In this document: piece after piece, positions 17,045-25,703 of the stretch
Position numbering within the stretch: the first letter of the stretch is position 1
Layout of the letters: every line of letters begins with the position of its first letter
From: Pseudomonadota bacterium
Lineage (GTDB): Bacteria > Pseudomonadota > Alphaproteobacteria > Rhizobiales > Xanthobacteraceae
Direction of reading: 5' to 3'
Length of the DNA stretch: 52,515 nt
Assembly: GCA_016195095.1 (NCBI GenBank)
Contig: JACQAE010000073.1
Span: 1 to 52,515 of the forward strand
Position numbers and translations under genes: made by a program
Notes under the pieces: model-generated
The model's input: the letters and a program-made list of their open reading frames with translations, nothing else
The model's database searches: none
What the model was told of the DNA's origin: nothing

Positions 17045-17250
17045 TTGTGCCGCTTCATGCCGGCCGTTTCGAGCGACGCAAGTTGACATGATACCGCTAT
17101 CGGGGCGCGACGGCCATGGGGCGATGCCCGCCGTCGGCGCCCACCCATGCTCGACCAACCGGCGTCGGATGTGCATTCTTGTGGATGTTCAACTTTATTT
17201 GTTCGTCGGAGTTCGCGAAGAACTCGCCCTTGTCATTGGTTGAAACGGCC

Positions 17251-17775
17251 ATGATCCGACCTTGCGCAAATCAGAATGCCGACGGGCAGGGTGCGCTCGA
17301 CCAACCGGCGCCGCCATCGGCAACGACGCGACGGCGGATTTTCCAACGAATGTTGTTGGGCTTGGCGGCGCTCGTTCTCGTTGACAAGGCCGCGCACGGC
17401 GAGGACGCGCGCCGCAACGGCGCGCGCGGCGACCACTCCGCGCCGATCGACTTGCATAGCGCCGCCGGGCGATTTCGCATTCGCCTCGCCGGGCTCGCGC
17501 GCGAGGAACGCTTGAATCACCTGCACGGCTTTGCGTTGTCGCTCGCCACCGCCGACGGCCAGCCGGTCGGCGGTGCGTCCATCGTCCTGCGCGGCAAGCA
17601 GCGCACGGCGCTTAACCCATTGCCGACGTTGCCGCGGGTGCGGCCCGGCCCGCGTCCTGGCGCCTACCGGGTCGAGGGGCTGCGCTTTCACGTGAGCGGC
17701 GCATGGCTCCTGGAAATTGCGATCGAATTCGAGCAGAGTCGCGATCACGTTGCTTTCGACATCGACGTGAAGTGA
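17251..17775 (+). CDS. Hypothetical exported protein with a twin-arginine-like leader (possibly a FixH/YtkA-like beta-sandwich)
   Basis: TRRRIFQRMLLGLAALVLV leader followed by a roughly 120-aa beta-rich domain. The stop is 4 nt before the peroxidase gene start. Start chosen at the ATG at 17251; the fold assignment is a guess. Confidence 0.55.
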   Translation: MIRPCANQNADGQGALDQPAPPSATTRRRIFQRMLLGLAALVLVDKAAHGEDARRNGARGDHSAPIDLHSAAGRFRIRLAGLAREERLNHLHGFALSLATADGQPVGGASIVLRGKQRTALNPLPTLPRVRPGPRPGAYRVEGLRFHVSGAWLLEIAIEFEQSRDHVAFDIDVK

Positions 17776-17779
17776 GACG

Positions 17780-19030
17780 ATGATGCAGCCGCTTTTCCTC
17801 GTCGCCCTCGCTGGTCTTGCGCTTTGCGCGCTTGATGCAGCGCGTGCGCAGCCGGCGCGGGATGCGACACCGGCCTGGACGGCGGCCGAGCTGGACATCC
17901 TGCGCACGCTGACACTGTCGAGCCTACCACGGCCGGCGCGCGATCCCTCCAACAAATATGCCGAGGATCCGCGCGCCGCCGATTTCGGGCATCGGCTGTT
18001 CTTTGATACGCGGCTGAGCGCGAATTCCAGCGTCGCCTGCGCCACCTGCCACCAGCCGGCGCGCGCCTTCACGGACGCAAGGCCGCTGGCGGTTGGCATT
18101 GGCGTGACGCCGCGCAACGCCCCGACCATTGTCGGCGCTGCGCATAATGTCTGGTTCTTCTGGGACGGCCGCAAGGACAGTCTATGGTCGCAGGCCTTGG
18201 CGTCGATCGAAAGCCCGCTCGAACACGATATGCCGCGCGCGCGCGTTCTTGACGTCATCCGCGCCAATCGCGACCTGGGCGCCGACTATGTGGCAATCTT
18301 CGGAGCGCTCCCGGCGCAAGGCGATCGCGAGGGCGTCAACCGCGCCTTCGCCAATATCGGCAAGGCGATCGCCGCCTATGAACGGCGCATCATGCCGGGG
18401 CCAGCGAAATTCGACCGCTATGTCGAGGCGCTGCTGGAGGATCGCCGGCCAGCGCCACAAGACGACTTGACGCTCGATGAGCGCCAGGGTTTGCGGGTTT
18501 TCATTTCCGATCAGCTCGGCCGCTGCCTGCGCTGTCACAACGGCCCGCTATTCACCAATCAGCACTTTCATAATATCGGCGTCGCTGAGCCGCAGCGCCA
18601 GGAACGCGCGCACGCGGATGTGGCGCAATCGATTTTGGCACAGGGCCGCATCGCCGGCGCCGAAATCGTCCTCGCCGACGAGTTCAATTGCACTGGAAAA
18701 TATTCGGATGCACGGCCCGGCGAATGCGCGGAACTCGATTTCATCCGCCGCGACAGTCCCGAATTGCTTGGCGCGTTCAAGGTGCCGACGCTGCGCAACC
18801 TGACCAGGACCGCGCCCTATATGCGCTCGGGCGACCGACGCACGCTCGAAGACGTCATGTGGCACTATCGCACCCTGCCGCAAGCCCGCGTCGGCAAGAG
18901 CGAGCTCAACGACCTGCCGATCACGGCGACCGAGTTCGATCAGCTCGAAGCGTTCTTGCGCACGCTCGAAGGCCAGATCGACGCGCCGGCCTTGTATCTG
19001 CGTCCACCGATATCCGCGCAGGCGAAGTGA
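17780..19030 (+). CDS. Di-haem cytochrome c peroxidase / MauG family
   Basis: Signal peptide, two CxxCH motifs (CATCHQ, CLRCHN) and conserved FFDTRLS, PTLRN and PYMRSG segments. Confidence 0.9.
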   Translation: MMQPLFLVALAGLALCALDAARAQPARDATPAWTAAELDILRTLTLSSLPRPARDPSNKYAEDPRAADFGHRLFFDTRLSANSSVACATCHQPARAFTDARPLAVGIGVTPRNAPTIVGAAHNVWFFWDGRKDSLWSQALASIESPLEHDMPRARVLDVIRANRDLGADYVAIFGALPAQGDREGVNRAFANIGKAIAAYERRIMPGPAKFDRYVEALLEDRRPAPQDDLTLDERQGLRVFISDQLGRCLRCHNGPLFTNQHFHNIGVAEPQRQERAHADVAQSILAQGRIAGAEIVLADEFNCTGKYSDARPGECAELDFIRRDSPELLGAFKVPTLRNLTRTAPYMRSGDRRTLEDVMWHYRTLPQARVGKSELNDLPITATEFDQLEAFLRTLEGQIDAPALYLRPPISAQAK

Positions 19031-19051
19031 GGCGCGGCGGGAGACCGCGCC
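19031..19051 (+). terminator. Candidate hairpin immediately after the peroxidase stop
   Basis: GGCGCGG-cgggaga-CCGCGCC forms a 7-bp stem. There is no U-tract. Confidence 0.25.
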
Positions 19052-19146
19052 CTGCCATGGGCCGGCCGATGTCGGCCATGCACGTGCCGAAAAGTTTGCA
19101 ACTTTATGATTTGCACCTTTTCGCCGCGATACGTTAGGCTTTGCCG

Positions 19147-19632
19147 ATGCGCCGTCTCATCCTGCTCGCCGCGATCGCGCTGTTGGCTGGTGCGCCGACA
19201 CGCGCTCGCGCGCAGGACTTCAGGACCGGTCTCGACGCCTTCAATGCCGGCGACTTCGCGAGCGCCTACGCGTCGTGGTCGCCCTTGGCGCAGCGCGGCC
19301 ATGCCAAGGCACAGGCCGCGCTCGGCTTTCTCTATTATGCCGGCAAGGGCGTCGCGCGCGACGACGCCAAATCCCTGTTATGGTTTGGCCGCGCCGCGGA
19401 GGCCGGCCAGCCCACCGCGCAGTTCTTCCTTGGGTTGCAATATTATTATGGACGCGGCGTGCGGCGCGATCTCGCGCGCGCCTATTCATGGTGCGACATC
19501 GCGCTGACCAATGGCTACACGGAAAGCCTTTTTTGCCGCGACGCCGTAGCGCTCGAAATGTCCGCCGAGGATATGCGGCGATCAACCGAACTAACATCCG
19601 AATTCCTGGCCACACACGAATTTCGCAACTAG
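19147..19632 (+). CDS. Secreted Sel1-repeat (TPR-like) protein
   Basis: Signal peptide MRRLILLAAIALLAGAPTRARA followed by Sel1 repeats (AKAQAALGFLYYAGKGVARDDAKSLLWFGRAAEAGQPTAQFFLGLQYYYGRGVRRD). Confidence 0.85.
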   Translation: MRRLILLAAIALLAGAPTRARAQDFRTGLDAFNAGDFASAYASWSPLAQRGHAKAQAALGFLYYAGKGVARDDAKSLLWFGRAAEAGQPTAQFFLGLQYYYGRGVRRDLARAYSWCDIALTNGYTESLFCRDAVALEMSAEDMRRSTELTSEFLATHEFRN

Positions 19633-19634
19633 TG

Positions 19635-19835
19635 GTTCAATCCGATATTTGTGTTCCAAATGTCGGGGTCGAGCCGTTAGCGTCGCCTTTCCGAAGTTCG
19701 CTTCACGCCGCCGCACCTCTCGAGCGAACGTCGGAATAGCAAAGGACCCGAGAAAACGACGATTCTCGTTTGATTCTGGTTGCGAAATTCTCCCGGTGAA
19801 CGAGCGGCGAAGATAGCGAGAACTTCGCGACCACC
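19635..19835 (+). repeat. Structured intergenic element, copy A (paralog of 45665-45855); candidate sRNA or REP/MITE-like unit
   Basis: Aligns in the same orientation with 45665-45855. Shared blocks are TTCAA..GATAT, CCGAAGTTCGC, GAC.CGAGAAAAC.ACGATT.TCGT, TTGCGAA.TTCTC..GGTGAAC and GAGAA.TTCGC.ACC.CCACA. Three hairpins are conserved in both copies. Confidence 0.8.
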
Positions 19836-20269
19836 ACACGAGTCCATTTTTCACGCGATCCTTCTTTCAGGAATCCGGTTGCCATTTTTGGGATCATGCC
19901 AGGCGCGCTTCGCGCGTCGCCTGGAACGCCAAGCGCTCGTTATCCAATTGCTCGGTCACGTTTTTCGCTAGCGGTGGCGCCGCCTCGGTCGACATGCGCC
20001 GCAAGATCGCTGGGCAAGGGTCGCGATGCCGTAGCGCCTGGGTGGCATCGCGCGTGGCGTCGGCCGCAAAAAGTCTCCGGCACCGTAAGTCGCGCGACAA
20101 TTTGGAATCGCAGTAATTCCACTTATCGCAATAATCCCACTTGAGGTGGCGGCGAAATTGGCGCAGGCTTTGGCTCCTAAATGGACCAACGAAATTCAGT
20201 TGAAACTCCGGCCGGCAAGGCGCGAGAGGTGCGATTTCGTGGGCAAGTGGGAAACCTGGGGAGGCGACA

Positions 20270-20977
20270 ATGTCGGAAGATTGTCGAACAGTGCAGCAAG
20301 GCTGCGATGCACTTTTGCATGACGATCATCTGCGCGATGATCGACCGCATCACAATCATGGATCCACGGTCGCTGGGCCGCTGAGCGGCATCGCGCGCGC
20401 GAAGGCGACGCGGCGCGCCTTCATCAAGGGCGTCATTGCATCCGGCGCCACGATCGGCGCAACCGGATACCTGTTCCGTGCCGGCGGCGCGCAGGCGCGC
20501 AGCGTCGGCGCCGTAGAGCGCCTGGTCAGCCTCAAGGTGAACGGCCAGGTGCGCCGCGTCGACGTGCTGCCGCACGAGACCCTCGCCAATACGCTGCGCT
20601 ACAAGCTTGGCCTGACCGGGACCAAGCTGTCTTGTGATCGCGGCGAGTGCGGCGCCTGCACGGTCATGATCGACAGCACGGCCATTTATTCGTGCACGAC
20701 GCTCACCCACGCCGTCGCCGATCGCGAGATCACCACTGTCGAGGGCGTCGCCAAGAACGGGCAATTGCACCCCGTCCAGAAGGCATTCATCGAGGAAATC
20801 GGCCCGCAATGCGGCTTCTGCACGCCCGGCCAGGTGATGTCGGCGGTGGCGCTGCTCAAGGCCAATCCGAACCCGACCATCGAAGAGGCGCGGCGAGCCA
20901 TGTCCGGCAATCTGTGCCGCTGCGGTTCCTACCAGCAGTACCTTGCTGGTGTCATGCGCGCGGCGAAGGGAGGCTGA
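20270..20977 (+). CDS. paoA: Tat-exported [2Fe-2S] small subunit of a molybdenum hydroxylase (PaoA-like)
   Basis: Twin-arginine motif ATRRAFIKG. Two 2Fe-2S motifs (CDRGECGACTV; CGFCTPG ... CRCGSY). GGGGAGG lies 7 nt upstream of the ATG. Confidence 0.85.
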   Translation: MSEDCRTVQQGCDALLHDDHLRDDRPHHNHGSTVAGPLSGIARAKATRRAFIKGVIASGATIGATGYLFRAGGAQARSVGAVERLVSLKVNGQVRRVDVLPHETLANTLRYKLGLTGTKLSCDRGECGACTVMIDSTAIYSCTTLTHAVADREITTVEGVAKNGQLHPVQKAFIEEIGPQCGFCTPGQVMSAVALLKANPNPTIEEARRAMSGNLCRCGSYQQYLAGVMRAAKGG

Positions 20978-20978
20978 A

Positions 20979-23261
20979 ATGGCTGAATACAAGCTCGTCG
21001 GTAAGAATTTCACGCCGCCCGATCTGGTCGCAAAGGTTACCGGGGCGGCAAAATACGCCGAGGATTTCCAAGCCGAGGGCATGCTGCATGCCAAGTTGCT
21101 GCTGTCGCCCATGCCGCATGCGCGCGTGCGCAACATCGATACATCGGCGGCGATGGCGATGAAGGGCGTGGTGGCCATCATCACGCCCGACGACGTGCCG
21201 CAATTTCCCCCGCCGGTCGATCCGATCCTCTATCGCGAGCCGACCTTCGCGGGCGCGCCGATCCTCGCCGTCGCCGCTGAGAGCGAGGAAATCGCCGCCG
21301 CCGCCATCGAGGCGATCAAGGTTGATTTCGAACAACTTAAGCACGTCATTGATCCGCTAGATTCGCTGTTTCCCGGCGGCACCAACGCGTTTACCGGCGG
21401 CAATGTCGCCAACGTCCGCCTGCCCTTGCAGACGGTCAAATGGACCGCCAAGGACTTCCAGGGCTTCGACCAGGGCAAGATGCCGATGGGCAAGCCGGCG
21501 GAGGAATGGGCCTATGGCGATCTCGATGCCGGCTTCAAGAAGGCCAAGGTGGTCATCGAGCGCAGCTTCCTGACGGCCGGCACGTCGCATCACTCGATGG
21601 AGCCGCGCTCGAACATGGCCTATTGGCAGAACGGCAAGTGCTATGTGCACGGCTCGATGCAGAGCCAGTCGTTCGTGGTGCCCAATATCGCGCGTTTCCT
21701 CGGCATCAAGCCGCAGGACGTGGTGTTCGTCGCCGAATATTGCGGCGGCGGCTTTGGCTCGAAAGGCACCGGTTATCCTCTGGTGTCGATCTCTGGCCAT
21801 CTGTCCAAGAAGGCCAATGGGCGTCCGGTCATGCTGCGCGTGTCGCGCGAGGAGGAATACGCGCTCGGCTCCGGCCGTGCCGGCTTCCAGGGTTGGGCCA
21901 AGATCGGCCTCGCGGAGAACGGCCGCATCACCGCCATGGATATTTTCGTCGTCCAGGACAATGGACCGAATATCGGATTTTGGGATTTCCGCAATTGCGG
22001 CCACGCCGCGCAAATCTGCTTCCAGCCGGAGGCTATGCGCTGGCGCGGCACGGCGGTGCTGACCAACACGCCGCCGCGCGGCCCGCAGCGCGGCCCGGGC
22101 GAAAATCAGACGGCCATGGCGCTTGAGCCGCTGCTCGACGAGGCCGCCCGCGAACTGGGTATCGATCGACTGGAAGTCCGCCGCGTCAACGCGCCTGACA
22201 ATGACGGATTTGATGGCCACGACGCCAAGGGCAAGCTGACCAGCGCCTACCTCAAGGACGCGTTGGTCAAGGGCGGCGAATTGTTCAAGTGGGAGGAAAA
22301 GAAAAAGCTGTCGGGCAAGCGCAGCGGCCATAAGGTCGTTGGCGTAGGCGTCGCCAGCGCCTTTCATGCCGGCGGCTCGAACGGTTTCGACGGTCTCGTT
22401 CGCATCCTGCCCGACGGTAAGCTCTACGTTCATTCCGGTGTGGGAAATCTCGGCACCTTCTCCTATGCCGCGACCTCGCGCGTTGCCGCCGAGGTGCTCG
22501 GCTATAATTGGGACAACGTGGTCATCGTTCGCGGCCGCACCGATCGGCATCTGCCTTGGATGATTGGCCAGTTCGGCTCCAACACCGCCTATACCGCCTC
22601 GCGCGCCAATTACGTGGCGGCGATGGACGCCAAGGAAAAGCTCCTGGAGATTGCCGCGCAACTATTGGGCGGCGCTGCCGATGATTATGACCTCAAGGAC
22701 GAGAAGGTGGTGCATCGCAGCGACGCGGCAAAATCGATGACCTTTGCCGCGCTCGCCACCAAGGCGATCGAGCTTGGCGGCAAGTTCTCGGGCAAGGAAT
22801 TGCCCGCCGACATCAATCCGCTCACCAAGGCGTCGGCGACGGCATTGGCGGGATCGGGGCTGGTCGGCGTCGCCAAGGATAAGTTGGCCAAGCGCGGCAT
22901 GGTGCCGGCCCTGTGCGCCGGGTTCTGCATGGTTGAGATCGACACCGAAACCGGTGCGCTGGAAATCAAGGAATATCTCGGCGTGGCCGATTGCGGCACC
23001 GTCCTGCATCCCGAGGGATTGCAGGCGCAGATGCATGGCGGCGCCATCATGGGCTTCGGTCTCGCGGTCACGGAGCGCATCGTCTTCAAGGGCATCGGCG
23101 AACCGATCCAGGGTGCCGCCGCCGCGGCGTTGCTCAACGCCATTTCGGACGCCCTAGGCGGGCACTATTTCCACCGCACGCCAATCGTGCGCGACATGAT
23201 CGTCAATGCACTCGCCAAGCGGCCGCAGTCCTATCGGGCGCTTCAGGCCAACACGATGTGA
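20979..23261 (+). CDS. paoC: Molybdopterin-binding large subunit of a xanthine dehydrogenase/aldehyde oxidase-family enzyme (PaoC-like)
   Basis: Begins MAEYKLVGKNFTPPDLVAKVTGAAKYAEDF. Also contains HHSMEPRS and GGGFGSK, with a C-terminal KGIGEP (active-site Glu context). The ATG is 1 nt after the small-subunit stop, with GAAGGGAGG upstream. Confidence 0.85.
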   Translation: MAEYKLVGKNFTPPDLVAKVTGAAKYAEDFQAEGMLHAKLLLSPMPHARVRNIDTSAAMAMKGVVAIITPDDVPQFPPPVDPILYREPTFAGAPILAVAAESEEIAAAAIEAIKVDFEQLKHVIDPLDSLFPGGTNAFTGGNVANVRLPLQTVKWTAKDFQGFDQGKMPMGKPAEEWAYGDLDAGFKKAKVVIERSFLTAGTSHHSMEPRSNMAYWQNGKCYVHGSMQSQSFVVPNIARFLGIKPQDVVFVAEYCGGGFGSKGTGYPLVSISGHLSKKANGRPVMLRVSREEEYALGSGRAGFQGWAKIGLAENGRITAMDIFVVQDNGPNIGFWDFRNCGHAAQICFQPEAMRWRGTAVLTNTPPRGPQRGPGENQTAMALEPLLDEAARELGIDRLEVRRVNAPDNDGFDGHDAKGKLTSAYLKDALVKGGELFKWEEKKKLSGKRSGHKVVGVGVASAFHAGGSNGFDGLVRILPDGKLYVHSGVGNLGTFSYAATSRVAAEVLGYNWDNVVIVRGRTDRHLPWMIGQFGSNTAYTASRANYVAAMDAKEKLLEIAAQLLGGAADDYDLKDEKVVHRSDAAKSMTFAALATKAIELGGKFSGKELPADINPLTKASATALAGSGLVGVAKDKLAKRGMVPALCAGFCMVEIDTETGALEIKEYLGVADCGTVLHPEGLQAQMHGGAIMGFGLAVTERIVFKGIGEPIQGAAAAALLNAISDALGGHYFHRTPIVRDMIVNALAKRPQSYRALQANTM

Positions 23262-23276
23262 TGAGGGAGCCCTGTC

Positions 23277-24278
23277 ATGATGATCAAGGATGTCATTCCG
23301 GGCTTCGAGCTGTTTCGGCCGCGCACCGTGGCCGATGCGGTCACGCTGCTCGACCAGCACAAGAAAGACGCGTGGAAGATCGCCGGCGGCAATGATTCGC
23401 TGTCCTGGTTCAAGGACCGCTTGAAACGTCCCAAGGTGGTCATCGACCTGACCGGCATCGCGGAAATGAAAGGCGTCAAGGAGACCGCCGACGGTATCGA
23501 GATCGGCGCGCTGACGACGCTCACCGACATCGAGAACAGCGCGGTCATAAGAAAAAGTTACCGGCTCATCGCCGACGCCGCGTCGAAAGTGGCAAGCCCG
23601 CAGATCCGCAACGTCGGCAGCATCGGCGGCAATCTCGCGCAGGACGCGCGCTGCTGGTATTATCGCACGGGCCTGCCCTGCTATCGCGCCGGCGGCAATG
23701 CCTGCTTTGCCGACACGCCGGAGGGGCAGAATCGCGAGCACGCGCTGTTTGACGCTAACCGCTGCGTGGCGGTCTCCCCCTCCGACATCGCCCCGGTCAT
23801 GATCGCACTCGATGCCAAGATGGTGATCCGCGGCGCCAAGGGCGAGCGCGTTGTCGCGGCGGAGGACTTTTTTGTCGGGCCGCGTATCGACATCACGCAT
23901 ATGACGCAGATGCAGCCGGAAGAGCTGCTCGTCGCCATCCGTATTCCCAAGGCATGGGCCGGCGCGCGGTTCTATTTTGAGAAGGTCACTGACCGCAACG
24001 CCTGGGATTTCCCGCTCGTCAACGTCGCCGCCGCGCTGCGCACCGACGCCGGCGGCGTCGTCCAGGAGGCGCGCGTCGCCATTGGCGGAGTAGCGTGCAC
24101 GCCACGACGAATCGGCGTCGCCGAGGAAACAATCAAGGGCAAGAAGGTCGATCAGGATCTGGCGCAGCTTGCCGGCCAATCCTCGACGCGCGGGGCGCGG
24201 CCGCTCAATTATAATCACTTCAAGATTCCACTGATGGCCAATCTGGTCATGCGCGGCGTGCGCGACGCGGCGAGCTGA
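23277..24278 (+). CDS. paoB: FAD-binding subunit of the molybdenum hydroxylase (PaoB-like, with extra Cys cluster)
   Basis: FAD-binding PCMH-type domain (IAGGNDSL..., IRNVGSIGGNLAQ). Four Cys in CWYYRTGLPCYRAGGNACFA...CVAVSPSD, as remembered for the 4Fe-4S-containing PaoB subgroup. Confidence 0.8.
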   Translation: MMIKDVIPGFELFRPRTVADAVTLLDQHKKDAWKIAGGNDSLSWFKDRLKRPKVVIDLTGIAEMKGVKETADGIEIGALTTLTDIENSAVIRKSYRLIADAASKVASPQIRNVGSIGGNLAQDARCWYYRTGLPCYRAGGNACFADTPEGQNREHALFDANRCVAVSPSDIAPVMIALDAKMVIRGAKGERVVAAEDFFVGPRIDITHMTQMQPEELLVAIRIPKAWAGARFYFEKVTDRNAWDFPLVNVAAALRTDAGGVVQEARVAIGGVACTPRRIGVAEETIKGKKVDQDLAQLAGQSSTRGARPLNYNHFKIPLMANLVMRGVRDAAS

Positions 24279-24302
24279 AGAATCGAGAGGTGCAAGGTCA
24301 AT

Positions 24303-24359
24303 CGGCCCGGGACTTCGGCATGCCGAAATTGGATTGGCATGACCAGCGGACCCGGGCCG
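24303..24359. other. Nested palindromic element after the FAD-subunit gene
   Basis: Outer 9-bp stem CGGCCCGGG...CCCGGGCCG encloses a perfect 14-nt palindrome TTCGGCATGCCGAA. Confidence 0.5.
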
Positions 24360-24525
24360 GATAATGTCCGCGCGGAGGCGTCGCGCACTTGCCGGCAAGG
24401 AAGCTCGCGCGATGCTGCCCGCCATTGCGGCGGGCGCGCGCGCGAATGCCCCAATTTGCGACGGGCAAATGATTGCCGGGCGAAAAAATCCTGGCGAGCG
24501 CAAATGGTCGGCGCGGGAGTGAGCT

Positions 24526-25428
24526 ATGGCCGATTTTTCGGTTGGCGTCGTCGGGCTCGACGCCTTGGGATCGGCGTTGACGCGCCGGCTGGACGAAAAG
24601 GGCATTGGCAATACCGCGACCGATCTCAATCCACGATTGTTGCAAGCGCACCTTGCGGAGGGTGGTAGCGCGCCGGCCGGCTCGCCCTTCGACCTCGCGC
24701 AGCTTTGCGATCTTGTATTGGTGGCGGAGACTTCCGACGCGACCTTGCGGGAGGCGGTGCTCGGCCCAACCGGATTGGCGCATGCGCTGCGCCCCGGCAC
24801 GATCATTGTCGATATGAGCGAGGCTTCGCCGCAGACTGGCGCGGCGCTGGCGCGCGCGCTTTATTCGAAGGGAACGATCTGGATCGAAGCGACGCCCGTT
24901 GGCGGCGCGCCGGAGGCGCTCGCGGGCGAACTCACGCTCTTGACTGCCGGCGCCGGCGACGCGCTCGAGCGCGTGGCGCCGCTATTGGGCGTATTTGCCT
25001 CAAAATTGTTGCGGCTTGGCGAGATCGGTTCTGGACCATTGGCCAAGGCGCTCGTCTCCACGCTCGGCGCCATGTCGCTCGCGATATTCACCGAAATGAT
25101 GATCGTCGCCAAGAAATCCGGGCTCGACCCTGCCGGTGTACTCGCCGCCATTCCGATCCTGGCGCCGCGGAACGGAACGCCGCCGGCGGCCGTTTCCGCG
25201 CAGGTGCTCTCTGGCCTCTTTGAATCGGGCATTTCAAGCCGCCGCATCGCGGACGACATCAGCCAGGTTCTCGACGCGGCGCGCGCCGCGTCGGTGCCGG
25301 TCGTGCATGCGAGCCTGGTGCAGGCCGCCCACACTAGCGCCGGCTACGGCCCCGCCGCGACCGGTGATCATATGGACCTCGCGCGCTGGATGGCCAACAA
25401 TGCCGGTGTGCGGTTTGGCGAGGGGTAG
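24526..25428 (+). CDS. Beta-hydroxyacid dehydrogenase family protein (3-hydroxyisobutyrate/6-phosphogluconate DH-like NAD-binding fold)
   Basis: 300 aa. The N-terminal VGVVGLDALGSAL is an atypical dinucleotide motif, and the central GSGPLAKAL contains the conserved Lys. GGGAG lies upstream of the ATG. Confidence 0.7.
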   Translation: MADFSVGVVGLDALGSALTRRLDEKGIGNTATDLNPRLLQAHLAEGGSAPAGSPFDLAQLCDLVLVAETSDATLREAVLGPTGLAHALRPGTIIVDMSEASPQTGAALARALYSKGTIWIEATPVGGAPEALAGELTLLTAGAGDALERVAPLLGVFASKLLRLGEIGSGPLAKALVSTLGAMSLAIFTEMMIVAKKSGLDPAGVLAAIPILAPRNGTPPAAVSAQVLSGLFESGISSRRIADDISQVLDAARAASVPVVHASLVQAAHTSAGYGPAATGDHMDLARWMANNAGVRFGEG

Positions 25429-25517
25429 GCGACGCACGCGCGCTTGCGGCGCGGCCGCTGGGCAAGTCCACGGGCGCGCGTGGCGAAGCGGCGGGTCAAC
25501 CATTGGAAGACGGGACG

Positions 25518-25694
25518 ATGCAGTTTTTTCGCTATTCCAAATCGATCTATGGCGGGCAGGAGCAATTGGTGGGCGCTTCCTGGGATCTGCTGCCCTGGTT
25601 CGTCGCCGCCGGTGCCGCCTTTATCGCGCTACACGCGCTCGCGATGGCGCTTGCCAAGGCGCGAGCACGCAAGACGCAACGGCAAGACGGCTGA
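25518..25694 (+). CDS. Small single-TM hypothetical protein
   Basis: MQFFRYSKSIYGGQEQLVGASWDLLPWFVAAGAAFIALHALAMALAKARARK contains one clear TM helix. The stop is 9 nt before the cytochrome b gene. Coding status is uncertain. Confidence 0.35.
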   Translation: MQFFRYSKSIYGGQEQLVGASWDLLPWFVAAGAAFIALHALAMALAKARARKTQRQDG

Positions 25695-25703
25695 GTACAA
25701 GCG

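Noticed and set aside
16801-17091. 96-aa ORF containing a CAASCCAASCCAAS repeat peptide
   Set aside because: The repeat peptide is only the translation of the 15-bp tandem DNA repeat, and the ORF also overlaps the 5-prime end of the DUF2189-like gene on the opposite strand.
17233-18267. 344-aa minus-strand ORF
   Set aside because: It lies antisense to the Tat-leader protein and the cytochrome c peroxidase (CxxCH motifs on the plus strand), and its composition is low-complexity.
19894-20100. 68-aa minus-strand ORF upstream of paoA
   Set aside because: It has no RBS or motif support and lies in the leader/intergenic region.
20100-20269. Moco riboswitch upstream of the molybdoenzyme operon
   Set aside because: This is a plausible location and the leader is purine-rich (GGGAAACCTGGGGAGG). 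However, I could not recognise the conserved Moco-motif helices by eye. It needs an Rfam RF01055 covariance search before any claim.
20177-24806. Minus-strand ORFs 20177-21184, 21357-22661, 22662-23143 and 23154-24806
   Set aside because: They are antisense shadows of the three molybdenum hydroxylase subunit genes and have no recognisable motifs.
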